Assembly: GCA_964636275.1 (NCBI GenBank)
Contig: CAZWRN010000001.1
Location: forward strand, 22,070-86,069
From: an uncultured Gammaproteobacteria bacterium
GTDB lineage: Bacteria > Patescibacteriota > Microgenomatia > Daviesbacterales > UBA10151
DNA length: 64,000 nucleotides
Direction: 5' to 3'
In this document: one piece after another, positions 51,415 to 60,730 of the stretch
Numbering within the stretch: the stretch's first letter is position 1
How the letters are laid out: the number at the start of each line of letters is the position of its first letter
Program-made: the position numbers and the translations under genes
Notes under the pieces: generated by a model
Databases searched by the model: none
The model's input: the letters and a program-made list of their open reading frames with translations, nothing else
Told to the model about the DNA's origin: nothing

Positions 51415-53343
51415 ATGGCTTTGGGTCAAGAACACTCTTCAAATGGCCGTCCGCATATATCTTCAGACACCGAGCCTTTAACCAACTTTGCGCAATATGG
51501 GGCGTTAAGATCATCTGGATTAATAGTTCCGATGAACTCTCAACAAATTCTTTGGAAATCGTTGACTGCAGGTGGAGTATTTTTGAGAGATTCAGGTTTT
51601 AATGATTTAGGTGTTTATAGAAACAGAAATAGTAGAAATCAAGTTTTTGGATCTGAATATACTATTCATGCTACTGCTGAAGCTGTAAAGGTGGCCGCCT
51701 CTAATCCCGAGCATGATAAAGGGCTACTATTTTATGGACCAACAGGGTCTGGTAAATCAAATATAGTTGATATTACTGTTAAATCAGTTGAGGCAACAGC
51801 ACCGAAAATACCAGGTTTGTTGGCGATTAAGGATTGCCCAATTAAGGAAGATCCGGATCATTTACTAAACTTAAAAAACGTCTCAGGTCGAGTTAGTTCT
51901 GATGTAAAACCACATGGTGATTTGTGTCCTTGTTGTCAAATTAAATATGAAGGTCTGTCTGCTGAAGAAATAGATGCAATTCTGTTAGCCCCACTAAAAT
52001 TTAGAAGTCGCACAGGAGAGCAAATTGTAAGACTTCAGCCATCTGATACTCAATTTAAGGATAGTTTAGAAGGTCTTGATCGGTTGGTTCAGTTGATTCA
52101 GGCTGCCAATAGAGGTTTGTTAGTGGTAGATGAAATGGGTGATCATCCATTTAGTTTTTTTCATCATATAAAGGACTTGCTTCGTGATGGAGATTTGAAA
52201 TACAGAGGAATGGTTTTCCCGATGGACTTGATGATGATTACCCACACTACCTCTCAAGAGTGGAAGGGGTTTTCTGATAATCAAAGTAATCGTCCGGTTA
52301 TAGAACGAATACAATCGATCCCTGTTGCATACAACTTAGATAAACAAGCTGAAGTGCAAGTTTATAACAAAGGAATAAGTGTATTGGAATCGCCACCTCA
52401 TATAGCACCTAATACATTGGAGACCTGGGCTGAACTGGCTGTTTCAACTAGAATAACACCAACATCTAGCACCTTAGATAGTCGCTACAGGGATATTAAA
52501 AATAGTAGATCTTTCTTGCTAGGAGAATTAGCAAATTTAGGAGATCATGAAGCTACGAGAAGAATAAAAGTGGATTTATATAGTGGAGAAGAAGTACCAG
52601 GTTTTAAAAAAGGAGATGTAAAAGCGATTCAGGAGGAAGGTATTATCAGTTTGGAAGGTATGACTGGACTATCTCCGGTCGCAGCTAGGGGTTTGTTAAT
52701 TGAAATGATGGGACAGCAGGGGAAATGTATTTCACCTAAAGATTTATTTTTTGGTATATCTGAGCGTTTAAAACAGGGGGGGAAGCCAGGTTATGTTGAA
52801 AAAGATAAATGGAATCCTGTGATTTCCGCAGTGAAAAAAAGATGGGAAGAGGGTCTTCAAAAAGTAGTTTTAGGAGCATTTAGGGATGATATGTTGAATA
52901 AGATCAATACTAAAACTACAGCGTATATTGAGGAATGCGAATTATTGCTTGGGATGGTAGATCCAAGGATAGACAGTAATGGTGAGAATATACCAGCAGA
53001 TATCACATTCATGACAAATATAGAAAAGACTATATTTGGAAAAGTTTTAACCAATGAAGAAAGAGGGAGTATTTTAAGAGGTTTGCCTCGTAAAAGTTCT
53101 CAATCTGCTGATAAAACTCCGGAAAGAGCAAAATTTGATCAGGGTATTGAACAAATTGTACTGGAAGAAGGTTCTTATAGACCTCAAGATGTATTAAAAT
53201 CTTTTCCACGAAAACAGAAAGAAGTTGGCTATATTGAGGAAGCAAGGCAAAAACTCGTAACAGATAAAGGGTTTTGTGTACATTGTGCGACAGAGTCTAT
53301 TGATTATGTAGCGCAGATTCTGCGTCAGTCTTCAGATAAATAA
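51415..53343 (+). CDS. PrkA-family serine protein kinase-like AAA protein
   Basis: P-loop LLFYGPTGSGKSN; THTTSQEWKGFSDNQSNRPVIERIQSIPVAY parallels YeaG/PrkA HSNESEW..F.NN.NNEAFLDR.YIVKVPY; size 642 aa. Confidence 0.55.
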   Translation: MALGQEHSSNGRPHISSDTEPLTNFAQYGALRSSGLIVPMNSQQILWKSLTAGGVFLRDSGFNDLGVYRNRNSRNQVFGSEYTIHATAEAVKVAASNPEHDKGLLFYGPTGSGKSNIVDITVKSVEATAPKIPGLLAIKDCPIKEDPDHLLNLKNVSGRVSSDVKPHGDLCPCCQIKYEGLSAEEIDAILLAPLKFRSRTGEQIVRLQPSDTQFKDSLEGLDRLVQLIQAANRGLLVVDEMGDHPFSFFHHIKDLLRDGDLKYRGMVFPMDLMMITHTTSQEWKGFSDNQSNRPVIERIQSIPVAYNLDKQAEVQVYNKGISVLESPPHIAPNTLETWAELAVSTRITPTSSTLDSRYRDIKNSRSFLLGELANLGDHEATRRIKVDLYSGEEVPGFKKGDVKAIQEEGIISLEGMTGLSPVAARGLLIEMMGQQGKCISPKDLFFGISERLKQGGKPGYVEKDKWNPVISAVKKRWEEGLQKVVLGAFRDDMLNKINTKTTAYIEECELLLGMVDPRIDSNGENIPADITFMTNIEKTIFGKVLTNEERGSILRGLPRKSSQSADKTPERAKFDQGIEQIVLEEGSYRPQDVLKSFPRKQKEVGYIEEARQKLVTDKGFCVHCATESIDYVAQILRQSSDK

Positions 53344-53365
53344 ATGGTGTATTATAAGAGAATAG

Positions 53366-53956
53366 ATGAAAAAAGTTCATTATAAAGAGCCGTCGCATAA
53401 AGATAAAAAAGCTTTTGGAGCTTATTTATCTGAAGACGAGGAGTTGGTGCTGGCGACAGGATATGGGGCCAACTATCTTCGTCATCAGTTTGCTTATTTC
53501 ATGATGATTCCAGGGGGGATCTCCTGGTTGATTGGTGCTGGGCTGGCCTATTTTTATCAGTTTAATTTGGGATATGGATTGTTGGCTGGATTAATTATTT
53601 CTATGATCTATGCCTATATCAAAGTTGTTTGGCTTTATCATGCCAACCGTTTTCTGCTTACTACCAGAAGAGTGATCATCAAGCAAGGCGTGATTGCTGT
53701 AAAACTTAAATCAGCTTTGTACGATAAAATTACTCACATTGAAGTAGATCAGAGTTTGTTTGACAGATTGATTATGAAACACGGAAATGTACTGATCCAT
53801 ACTGCTGGAGGAAACAATGACGAGATCAAAGTTCTAAATATTGATGAGCCGATCGAATTTAAAAATTTACTTGAACGACTGATCAACAGAGAAAGAGAGC
53901 GATTTGGTGGGGCGACTGGTCCGGTAGTGACTTTGGAAGGTGAACTGGTAGAGTGA
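53366..53956 (+). CDS. Membrane protein with a bacterial PH-like (bPH_2/YdbT-like) domain
   Basis: Two TM helices then RRVIIKQGVIAVKLKSALYDKITHIEVDQSLFDRL... Confidence 0.55.
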   Translation: MKKVHYKEPSHKDKKAFGAYLSEDEELVLATGYGANYLRHQFAYFMMIPGGISWLIGAGLAYFYQFNLGYGLLAGLIISMIYAYIKVVWLYHANRFLLTTRRVIIKQGVIAVKLKSALYDKITHIEVDQSLFDRLIMKHGNVLIHTAGGNNDEIKVLNIDEPIEFKNLLERLINRERERFGGATGPVVTLEGELVE

Positions 53957-53961
53957 GTAAC

Positions 53962-55254
53962 TTATTTAAGATTTAGGAAAGATAATAGGTCCAAAGAGAT
54001 TCTTCCTCCGGTTGGGACTTCTTCTTTAGCTGGAATATTTGTCACAAAGTTGAGAGTATTTGGAGTATTATTGGTTTGATTTAATAAAGTTGAAAGATTG
54101 GTCTGAGCAATTGTTTCAAATTTCTGTTTTTCTTCAGCACTTCTAGACTGATGCATAGAGAAAGCCAGAATACTATTAAAGTTTTCTTTAGCTATATCAG
54201 ATGGAATTGCGTAATTAGCCAAAGTTTTTGGTAGACTGTCTGTCAAATTGAGAGATAAATTATCTTTCAACTCTGGGTTTGATGGGGTGACAAGTGCCTT
54301 TAAAGTAGTTTCAGATATCTTCTCGGGTGTTAATTTTTTATCTGCTTCCTCTTTTTTGGCTTCATCACTAACTTCTGATGAAGCAGATGCTGTATTCTCT
54401 ACTATGCCGGTGAAAATATTGGCACTGGTAGAAGCTTGTTCTTCAGTTGGAATGGCGATAGCCGATGCCGTTGCTGATTGATAAGTGATGAAATCTTCCT
54501 CTTTTGGATAGTTACGGATCTCAGGGAGAAGAGGTCGTGGATCTACTTTTTTCCCAGCGTAAGAAAGCTCTAAATGAGTGTGTGGACCCGTGGTATGTCC
54601 GGTCATTCCGACCTCACCGATCAGATCATCAGTATTTACCTCTTTACCTTTGGTGACGTAGATTTTACCCATATGACCATAAGTAGATTTATAGCCATTA
54701 CCATGATCGATCTCAACCATCAAACCCAATCCCCAGATGTTGTAACCGGCTTCAGTGACTACACCTTTACCGATTGGTTTGATTGGCATCCCTAAACCAA
54801 TACAAATATCGATACCAGGATGGTATGAAGCAAAAGGTGTAGTGATGTATCCGGTATGTGGTAGCTGGAAGTTGGTAGGTGGAGGTGTCGGAATAGGGGC
54901 AGCTGATGGTGATGGTGTGGCTGAAGGGAGGGTGCTTTGAACCTGATTGATGACTTGGTTGACGGGTGCAATTGGTGTTTGGGCAAAGGTAATAGAACCG
55001 TTTTGTAGGAAAAAAGAGAAACAAAAAACCCCCAAGGCTGTTTTAGCAAAAATTTTGCTAAGTGCTTGGTTCCTGGTGGCGCCCAGATGAAATGACGTAA
55101 CAATCTTCGCCAAAGACTGTTTAAGGGCGGGCAGCTGCTTGTATGGATAACCCCAATGGAAATCCACTCTGCTTAGTCCGTTGACCATCAAAAAACCCAT
55201 CATACTCTTAAGCATGATGGGCAGAAGCGATACTATAACACATATCAGGCTCAA
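53962..55254 (-). CDS. M23-family metallopeptidase (LytM-like) with an N-terminal secreted linker region
   Basis: HPGIDI...GNGYKSTYGHMGKIYVTKG...VGMTGHTTGPHTHLEL; exact start codon uncertain. Confidence 0.85.
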   Translation of the reverse strand: MSLICVIVSLLPIMLKSMMGFLMVNGLSRVDFHWGYPYKQLPALKQSLAKIVTSFHLGATRNQALSKIFAKTALGVFCFSFFLQNGSITFAQTPIAPVNQVINQVQSTLPSATPSPSAAPIPTPPPTNFQLPHTGYITTPFASYHPGIDICIGLGMPIKPIGKGVVTEAGYNIWGLGLMVEIDHGNGYKSTYGHMGKIYVTKGKEVNTDDLIGEVGMTGHTTGPHTHLELSYAGKKVDPRPLLPEIRNYPKEEDFITYQSATASAIAIPTEEQASTSANIFTGIVENTASASSEVSDEAKKEEADKKLTPEKISETTLKALVTPSNPELKDNLSLNLTDSLPKTLANYAIPSDIAKENFNSILAFSMHQSRSAEEKQKFETIAQTNLSTLLNQTNNTPNTLNFVTNIPAKEEVPTGGRISLDLLSFLNLK

Positions 55255-55285
55255 AAGTCAAATTTAGGGCTTCCTAGCAGGGTGA

Positions 55286-56821
55286 TTAATTGATGAGAAA
55301 TGAATTGGATTTTGAGGTATAGGTGGTTCCTTGAAGGAATAGTCGGACCTCATATGATCCACTAGTAGCGGTAGTAGGGATTGTCATTGAACAGCGGCCT
55401 GTGATCGTAGGAGTAGCTGGTACTCCTTGAGATTTAGAGCAATTACCCAAATAAACCCATTCAATAAAACTGCTGATAGGTGTTAGAGAATCAGTTGTTT
55501 TGTAGATGCCCATCCAACTTGCTCCCTGTGGATTAATCAGATTTTGCCAGATGATATTAATTCTGCCACCTTTATTGACAGATGGGGTATTTACTTTGAT
55601 GAAGTTTTGTTTTGTTGAAGGGACTGGGGTTGGGCTAGGTGAAGGAGAGCTGGTTGGTGGAAATGAAGCCAGAGGAAAACCTGTAGAGGAGACAGTAAAC
55701 TGATTACTTTTTTTAGCTAAAGTAGTTCCCTGTATATATAGTCGAAATTCATACAACCCTTCAGCTAAATTATTTGGTAGATTAATTGTGCATTTTCCTA
55801 CCTGAGGTGTAGTACTTGGTGTACCTTGATTGGAGACACAATTACCTAGATAAAACCAGGTGATGAAATTACTAAACTGAGTATCAGGGATATCTTTTTT
55901 ATATAGTCCAATCCAACTGTCTCCACTGGCATTTGTTTGGTTGTACCAGCTAATTGTTTGAGGAGAGCCCGGTTTAACATATGAATAATTTGCGACTATA
56001 CCATTGGAATTTGGATCTGAAAGAATTGAGGTGAGCATGTTTTGCCAGACATTGGCTATTTTTTGATAGCCTGGTTCATTGGGGTGGACATTATCACTGA
56101 TGTCACTTAGTGTAACCGCATTGAAATTGTCGACCAGGTAGATTTTTTTACCTTCTTTATATTTTTTATCAATAAGCTCAGGCAATGCTTTGTTGAAATT
56201 TTGGATATTGGTTTGAAGATTGGCGACATAGCTAATATCACTGGGAGTGATTGTAGAAACAATAATTTTCGTATTTGGGTTATTGCTGGAGATCGTATCA
56301 ATAACTTTTTCTAGATGTTTTAAAGCATCAGCTCTAAAGGCATCTGTACGTGGCTGGGCAAAATCATTTATGCCACACATTACCAACGCAATATCGGGAT
56401 TGTACTGAGATACTTTTGTTGTGAGTATATTGGCGAGCATGTCACAATCATAGCCGTTGTGTCCTTCATGATCCTTATCTTCTAGTACTGAAGGTCCAGA
56501 AATGAGTGAACCTACCAAATCAACTGAAAAGCTGTTTTTAAGATTGTTGTAAAGATAGTAGCGGTAGCCAGCCATTACATTGTCTGGGTCTGTTGATGCA
56601 TTTTTAACTCCATGGGTAATAGAATCACCAATTGGCATGATTTTTACAGTGGAATAGGTGGTTTCAGCCGCAAAAGATCGATCTTTAGGATAAACAGAAG
56701 CCAGAAAATTATCTTTAAAACTGCCGACATTGGCAACTACCATAATTGCTAAGACGCTAATTACTGCAAGTGATAAAACGATAGGAGTAGCTCCTTGCTC
56801 TGATTTGGTTGGGTTTATCAT
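55286..56821 (-). CDS. SGNH/GDSL hydrolase with two C-terminal about 95-aa repeated beta domains
   Basis: GDS block MPIGDSITHG, DHEGHNGY, VHPN; duplicated modules ISWYNQTNASGDSWIGLYKK...EFRLYIQGTT and IIWQNLINPQGASWMGIYKT...EVRLFLQGTT; alternative start at 56884. Confidence 0.7.
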   Translation of the reverse strand: MINPTKSEQGATPIVLSLAVISVLAIMVVANVGSFKDNFLASVYPKDRSFAAETTYSTVKIMPIGDSITHGVKNASTDPDNVMAGYRYYLYNNLKNSFSVDLVGSLISGPSVLEDKDHEGHNGYDCDMLANILTTKVSQYNPDIALVMCGINDFAQPRTDAFRADALKHLEKVIDTISSNNPNTKIIVSTITPSDISYVANLQTNIQNFNKALPELIDKKYKEGKKIYLVDNFNAVTLSDISDNVHPNEPGYQKIANVWQNMLTSILSDPNSNGIVANYSYVKPGSPQTISWYNQTNASGDSWIGLYKKDIPDTQFSNFITWFYLGNCVSNQGTPSTTPQVGKCTINLPNNLAEGLYEFRLYIQGTTLAKKSNQFTVSSTGFPLASFPPTSSPSPSPTPVPSTKQNFIKVNTPSVNKGGRINIIWQNLINPQGASWMGIYKTTDSLTPISSFIEWVYLGNCSKSQGVPATPTITGRCSMTIPTTATSGSYEVRLFLQGTTYTSKSNSFLIN

Positions 56822-56913
56822 TTCACTATCGTAGGTTATATATGAGCTGATTGTCAATTTGAAAAGATATATATTCAAAGTCACATGATCTATAATGAAT
56901 TGAAGTTTCTTTT

Positions 56914-57735
56914 ATGAAAAAGGTTCTGCTAATTATTCTGGTATTTGTTAGTTTGATCTCGATTTTGTTTCAGTTTGGTCGAGCCCCTTTACAAAAATTA
57001 ATTGGTTCTCACTCCCGAAGTGGCTTACAGATCGATAGTAATGTTAAAGCCAAAGTATTTATTGGTGGTCAGGAGGTGGGTGAAACACCCTTTACTGATA
57101 GTAATTTGCAAGAAGGGGAGCTTTTAATTGGTTTAGAACCAGTTCAAGAGTCTAGCACTACTGCCAAGTTATGGCAGGGTTATATAAGGCTCAACCCAGG
57201 GACTTTGACTGTCATCAATCGTAATCTAGAGGCAAGTGCTCAAGCTTCATCGGGTGAGGTTATTACTCTGGAAACAGGTAAAGGTGTGACAGTGATCTCT
57301 ACTCCACCTGAGGCTCAGGTAGAAGTCGATGGAGCAGTTGTTGGTCGTACGCCGATCACCTTGTCGGATTTGTCTTCTGGGGATCATCAGTTTATTTTAA
57401 GCAAAGAAAATTTTGTAAAGCGTAGCATCCGGGCAAAAGTGGTAGAGGGATTTAACCTGATTTTAACAGTCGATTTGGCGATAGCCGAGGCAGATCTGAC
57501 TAAATTACCTACAGTGCCAATATCCGCAACAGCGCAGGTTGTAGTGAAAAATACTCCGACTGGTTTTTTACGAGTTCGCAGTACTGCTTCAGCAAATGGG
57601 CAGGAGATTGGTCAGCTTAAACCAGGAGATGTGGTGGTGATGTTAGAAGAGATTCCCAACTGGTACAGAGTTAGGCTGAGTGATGGAAAAGAAGGTTTTA
57701 TATCGGCTTCATATGCCCAGAAAAAGCAACAATAA
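56914..57735 (+). CDS. Membrane-anchored protein with two PEGA domains and a C-terminal bacterial SH3 domain
   Basis: VKAKVFIGGQEVGETPF and VTVISTPPEAQVEVDGAVVGRTPIT (PEGA-like); GFLRVRSTASANGQEIGQLKPGDVV...WYRVRL (SH3b-like). Confidence 0.6.
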   Translation: MKKVLLIILVFVSLISILFQFGRAPLQKLIGSHSRSGLQIDSNVKAKVFIGGQEVGETPFTDSNLQEGELLIGLEPVQESSTTAKLWQGYIRLNPGTLTVINRNLEASAQASSGEVITLETGKGVTVISTPPEAQVEVDGAVVGRTPITLSDLSSGDHQFILSKENFVKRSIRAKVVEGFNLILTVDLAIAEADLTKLPTVPISATAQVVVKNTPTGFLRVRSTASANGQEIGQLKPGDVVVMLEEIPNWYRVRLSDGKEGFISASYAQKKQQ

Positions 57736-57746
57736 TTGTTGAATTG

Positions 57747-58256
57747 TTAGGATTGTTTACACTGAGAAAATCGAAGTGTTAAATTGTTAGTTACTCTTAC
57801 TTGTTTAATGCCGTTTTCTTGACTGATGGTTTTGACATGTAGTTCAAATGGAGTTGGCGAGAAATTTTGAGATTGCCACTGTTTTAGCATTTCAAAAGTA
57901 GTGGGGATAATGTTTTTATTTAAAACTTCAGTGGTAGAAACCCATTCTAGTAAGCCGTCATCAGATAGGGGAAGTGGTTCATTAAAGATTCCCCAGAAAT
58001 AAATCAATTCTTCAGTATCATCAATAATCACTTTGGCACATTGTTTCAGTGTTACATTGGTAATGCCTGTCTCTTCTTTTAGTTCCCGATAAGCACTATC
58101 AAGAAATGTTTCACCTATTTCAATTTTACCGCCAATTCCGGTGTACATACCCGGCGCAAATTTTTTATTGGCGGCTCTTTTGAGTAAAACTATTTTTGAA
58201 GGGGTTGCTTGATTTATTAAAAAGATTACATTCCAGGAATTCATACTAAGCACCAA
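57747..58256 (-). CDS. NUDIX hydrolase
   Basis: Nudix box GGKIEIGETFLDSAYRELKEETGI. Confidence 0.8.
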   Translation of the reverse strand: MVLSMNSWNVIFLINQATPSKIVLLKRAANKKFAPGMYTGIGGKIEIGETFLDSAYRELKEETGITNVTLKQCAKVIIDDTEELIYFWGIFNEPLPLSDDGLLEWVSTTEVLNKNIIPTTFEMLKQWQSQNFSPTPFELHVKTISQENGIKQVRVTNNLTLRFSQCKQS

Positions 58257-59235
58257 AGAAATAGAGGATAAATACAGTCATGATGAGCCATAATATGACT
58301 GTGTAGAGGAGTGGTTTGTCAGTGAGTAAAACTCTTTCTGGTGATTCACCCTCTTTCTTTTCATAAATGATATACAGATAGCGCATCACACCGTAGATAA
58401 CAAGTGGAATAGTAGCCATTAAAAATTTGGCTTGGGAGAAAGGTAATGAGAAATTATCAAATAAAATAGACAGCCTATTGCGAGCAACAATTGGTGGCTG
58501 TAAAAAAGTAAACAGCGCATAGGCCAGCCAGGTAGAGTTGGCAAACATACTGGTCAAAATATCTAGTAGGTTTTCTGGATAGTGTAGAAGAGTTTCTCGG
58601 TGTTTAGCTGCCTGGGCCTGGAGCAGGGTTAACTCCGATCGTCTTTTACCAATGGCTAAAAATAGAGCAAAAGATGTAACAGTAAGTAAAAACCAGACAT
58701 TTAGATGGGCATCTATCACCCAGACCCCGGCATAAATACGTAAAACAAAACCAGCTGCTATTGCCATCACGTCTAGTAAAATAGTTGTTTTCAAATAAGC
58801 CGAGTAAAGCAACTGAAGAAATAAGTAAGCTAAAACGGCTAGAAAAAGTGCGGGGGTGATACCATAGGATATCGGTAACACAATCACAATCAATCCCAAA
58901 GCGATAGCTATAGCAGATTTTTCGGGAACTACCCCAGAGGCGATCGGCCGTTTACTTTTAAAAGGATGAAGCTGGTCACGTTCAATATCAAATACATCAT
59001 TGAGTAGATAGACAGCGGAGGTGGTGGCGCAAAAAATTAGAAAAGTTTGAAAAACTAGCCAAACTGCTACTGGATTGTCGAGTTGATTGGCTAAAAGGAG
59101 AGCTGCAAAGATAACTAAATTTTTAATCCATTGGCGTGGCCGAACGGCTTTGATAAGTCCCCATATAAATTTAAGGGCGGGGTAAGTATTTATTGTTGAT
59201 TGAATTTTTCCTTGTAAAGTGATTTGGTTTCCCAT
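58246..59235 (-). CDS. UbiA-family prenyltransferase (decaprenyl-phosphate phosphoribosyltransferase-like)
   Basis: NDVFDIERDQLHPFKSKRPIASG Asp-rich motif; about 8 TM helices. Confidence 0.7.
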   Translation of the reverse strand: MGNQITLQGKIQSTINTYPALKFIWGLIKAVRPRQWIKNLVIFAALLLANQLDNPVAVWLVFQTFLIFCATTSAVYLLNDVFDIERDQLHPFKSKRPIASGVVPEKSAIAIALGLIVIVLPISYGITPALFLAVLAYLFLQLLYSAYLKTTILLDVMAIAAGFVLRIYAGVWVIDAHLNVWFLLTVTSFALFLAIGKRRSELTLLQAQAAKHRETLLHYPENLLDILTSMFANSTWLAYALFTFLQPPIVARNRLSILFDNFSLPFSQAKFLMATIPLVIYGVMRYLYIIYEKKEGESPERVLLTDKPLLYTVILWLIMTVFILYFFGA

Positions 59236-59252
59236 GGGTTTATTGCTAACCG

Positions 59253-60332
59253 TTATTTCTTGTTTTTTCCCTCAGGAAAGTAAAAGAGTTGTAGCCACAC
59301 AATAGCACCAGTTATTATAACTGTTCCGAGAAGTAGTGTAAAAAGTTTTTCTTTTGAAGATAAATTGATAACTAAAATACCTAAAATTGTAGAGCAACCC
59401 ATAAAGAAAAGTGAAATTTTTTGATGAGACCAGCCTCTTTGTAAAAGTAAATGATGCAGATGTTTTTGATCTCCAAAGAAAGGGGATTTGCCAGATACTA
59501 TTCGACGGAAAAATGTATAGAAAAAATCAATAGCCGGGACTAAAAGAACAATAACGGCGGTTGCAAGTTTTCCTCCTGATAAAATAGCGACAGTTGCCAG
59601 CATAAAGCCTAGAATTGTTGACCCCGAAAAAGCCGGTAATATTTTAGCCGGATGCCAATTAAAATATAGTAGTCCTAAAGCAGCGCCGGCTACGATAAAG
59701 GCAATTAGAGCGATATTAAACTGATTGGGATCTCCTTGGATAAAGAATCGATAGGAGATAAATCCGATTACCAAAAAAGCGATCGTCATTACTCCAGGCA
59801 TCTGACCATCAACCCCTTTGCTCCAATTGACAACGTTCATAATCCAGGTGATCCATATTAAAGCCAAAAGATCAGCGATTAGTAAAATATGATGTTCTCC
59901 AAAAAAATAGATGGGGATATTAATTGCATCTAAATATAAAATTCCTCCAAACGGATTGGTAATAAATGTAATACCAATTCCAGCTAAAACAACAGTTAAA
60001 GCAGCTAGTATTTGGAACCCAAGACGAGGGAATGGGCTGAAATCGGAAAATTTATCATCAAGTAGACCTACAATCAAAAGCAGTGTTATAGCAATAATGA
60101 TCCCGATAATGGCTTTATTTAAAGGTATAAAAATAAGAAGTCCGGTAATTATCGCAATATAAATAGGAAGTCCACCTGCTCGGGGTATTACTCTGTTTTG
60201 AATATGAGCAGGGTGAGGTCTTTTTTTAGGATCATCAACCCATTTGTATTTTTTGGCTAACCAAATAGTAAAAGGAGTTGAAATGATTGAAACAATCAAG
60301 CTTACTAAAAATGCGGTTATCAGTGTCGTCAT
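59253..60332 (-). CDS. Glycosyltransferase family 4 (MraY/WecA-like polyprenyl-phosphate sugar-1-phosphate transferase)
   Basis: GLLDDKF and NVVNWSKGVDGQMPG motifs; about 10 TM helices. Confidence 0.65.
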   Translation of the reverse strand: MTTLITAFLVSLIVSIISTPFTIWLAKKYKWVDDPKKRPHPAHIQNRVIPRAGGLPIYIAIITGLLIFIPLNKAIIGIIIAITLLLIVGLLDDKFSDFSPFPRLGFQILAALTVVLAGIGITFITNPFGGILYLDAINIPIYFFGEHHILLIADLLALIWITWIMNVVNWSKGVDGQMPGVMTIAFLVIGFISYRFFIQGDPNQFNIALIAFIVAGAALGLLYFNWHPAKILPAFSGSTILGFMLATVAILSGGKLATAVIVLLVPAIDFFYTFFRRIVSGKSPFFGDQKHLHHLLLQRGWSHQKISLFFMGCSTILGILVINLSSKEKLFTLLLGTVIITGAIVWLQLFYFPEGKNKK

Positions 60333-60700
60333 ATTGCTGTAAAGATAATCCGAATGCCAGCCATCACTGCTAATAATGCAACAATAGTTGTAGAAGAAGC
60401 AATAATTCTTTTCATTGTCAGTTGGGAAGTATGAAGATGCCAGGTAAGAATAAGATTGATTAATGAAGCTAAAATAACCAAAGAAGGCAAGATAAAAAAC
60501 TGGTTTTTATGTGCCAGTTGAGTCTCACCCCATGGTAAAGAAAAGAAAAAAGGGATAAATGCGGGCAATTGGTCATAATAAAGCAGATAAAAAATACTTA
60601 AAAATAGCGATAATAGAATAGAAATCGATGTAGACCAAAAAATAATACTGTCTTGGCGTTGGTAAAAATTTATGAATTTTTTGAGTGGTTTCATATACAA
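60329..60700 (-). CDS. Small multi-TM membrane protein
   Basis: Three to four hydrophobic helices; translationally coupled to the GT4 gene. Confidence 0.4.
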   Translation of the reverse strand: MYMKPLKKFINFYQRQDSIIFWSTSISILLSLFLSIFYLLYYDQLPAFIPFFFSLPWGETQLAHKNQFFILPSLVILASLINLILTWHLHTSQLTMKRIIASSTTIVALLAVMAGIRIIFTAI

Positions 60701-60730
60701 AGGCAGAATGATTGCTTACGCAAAACCAGA

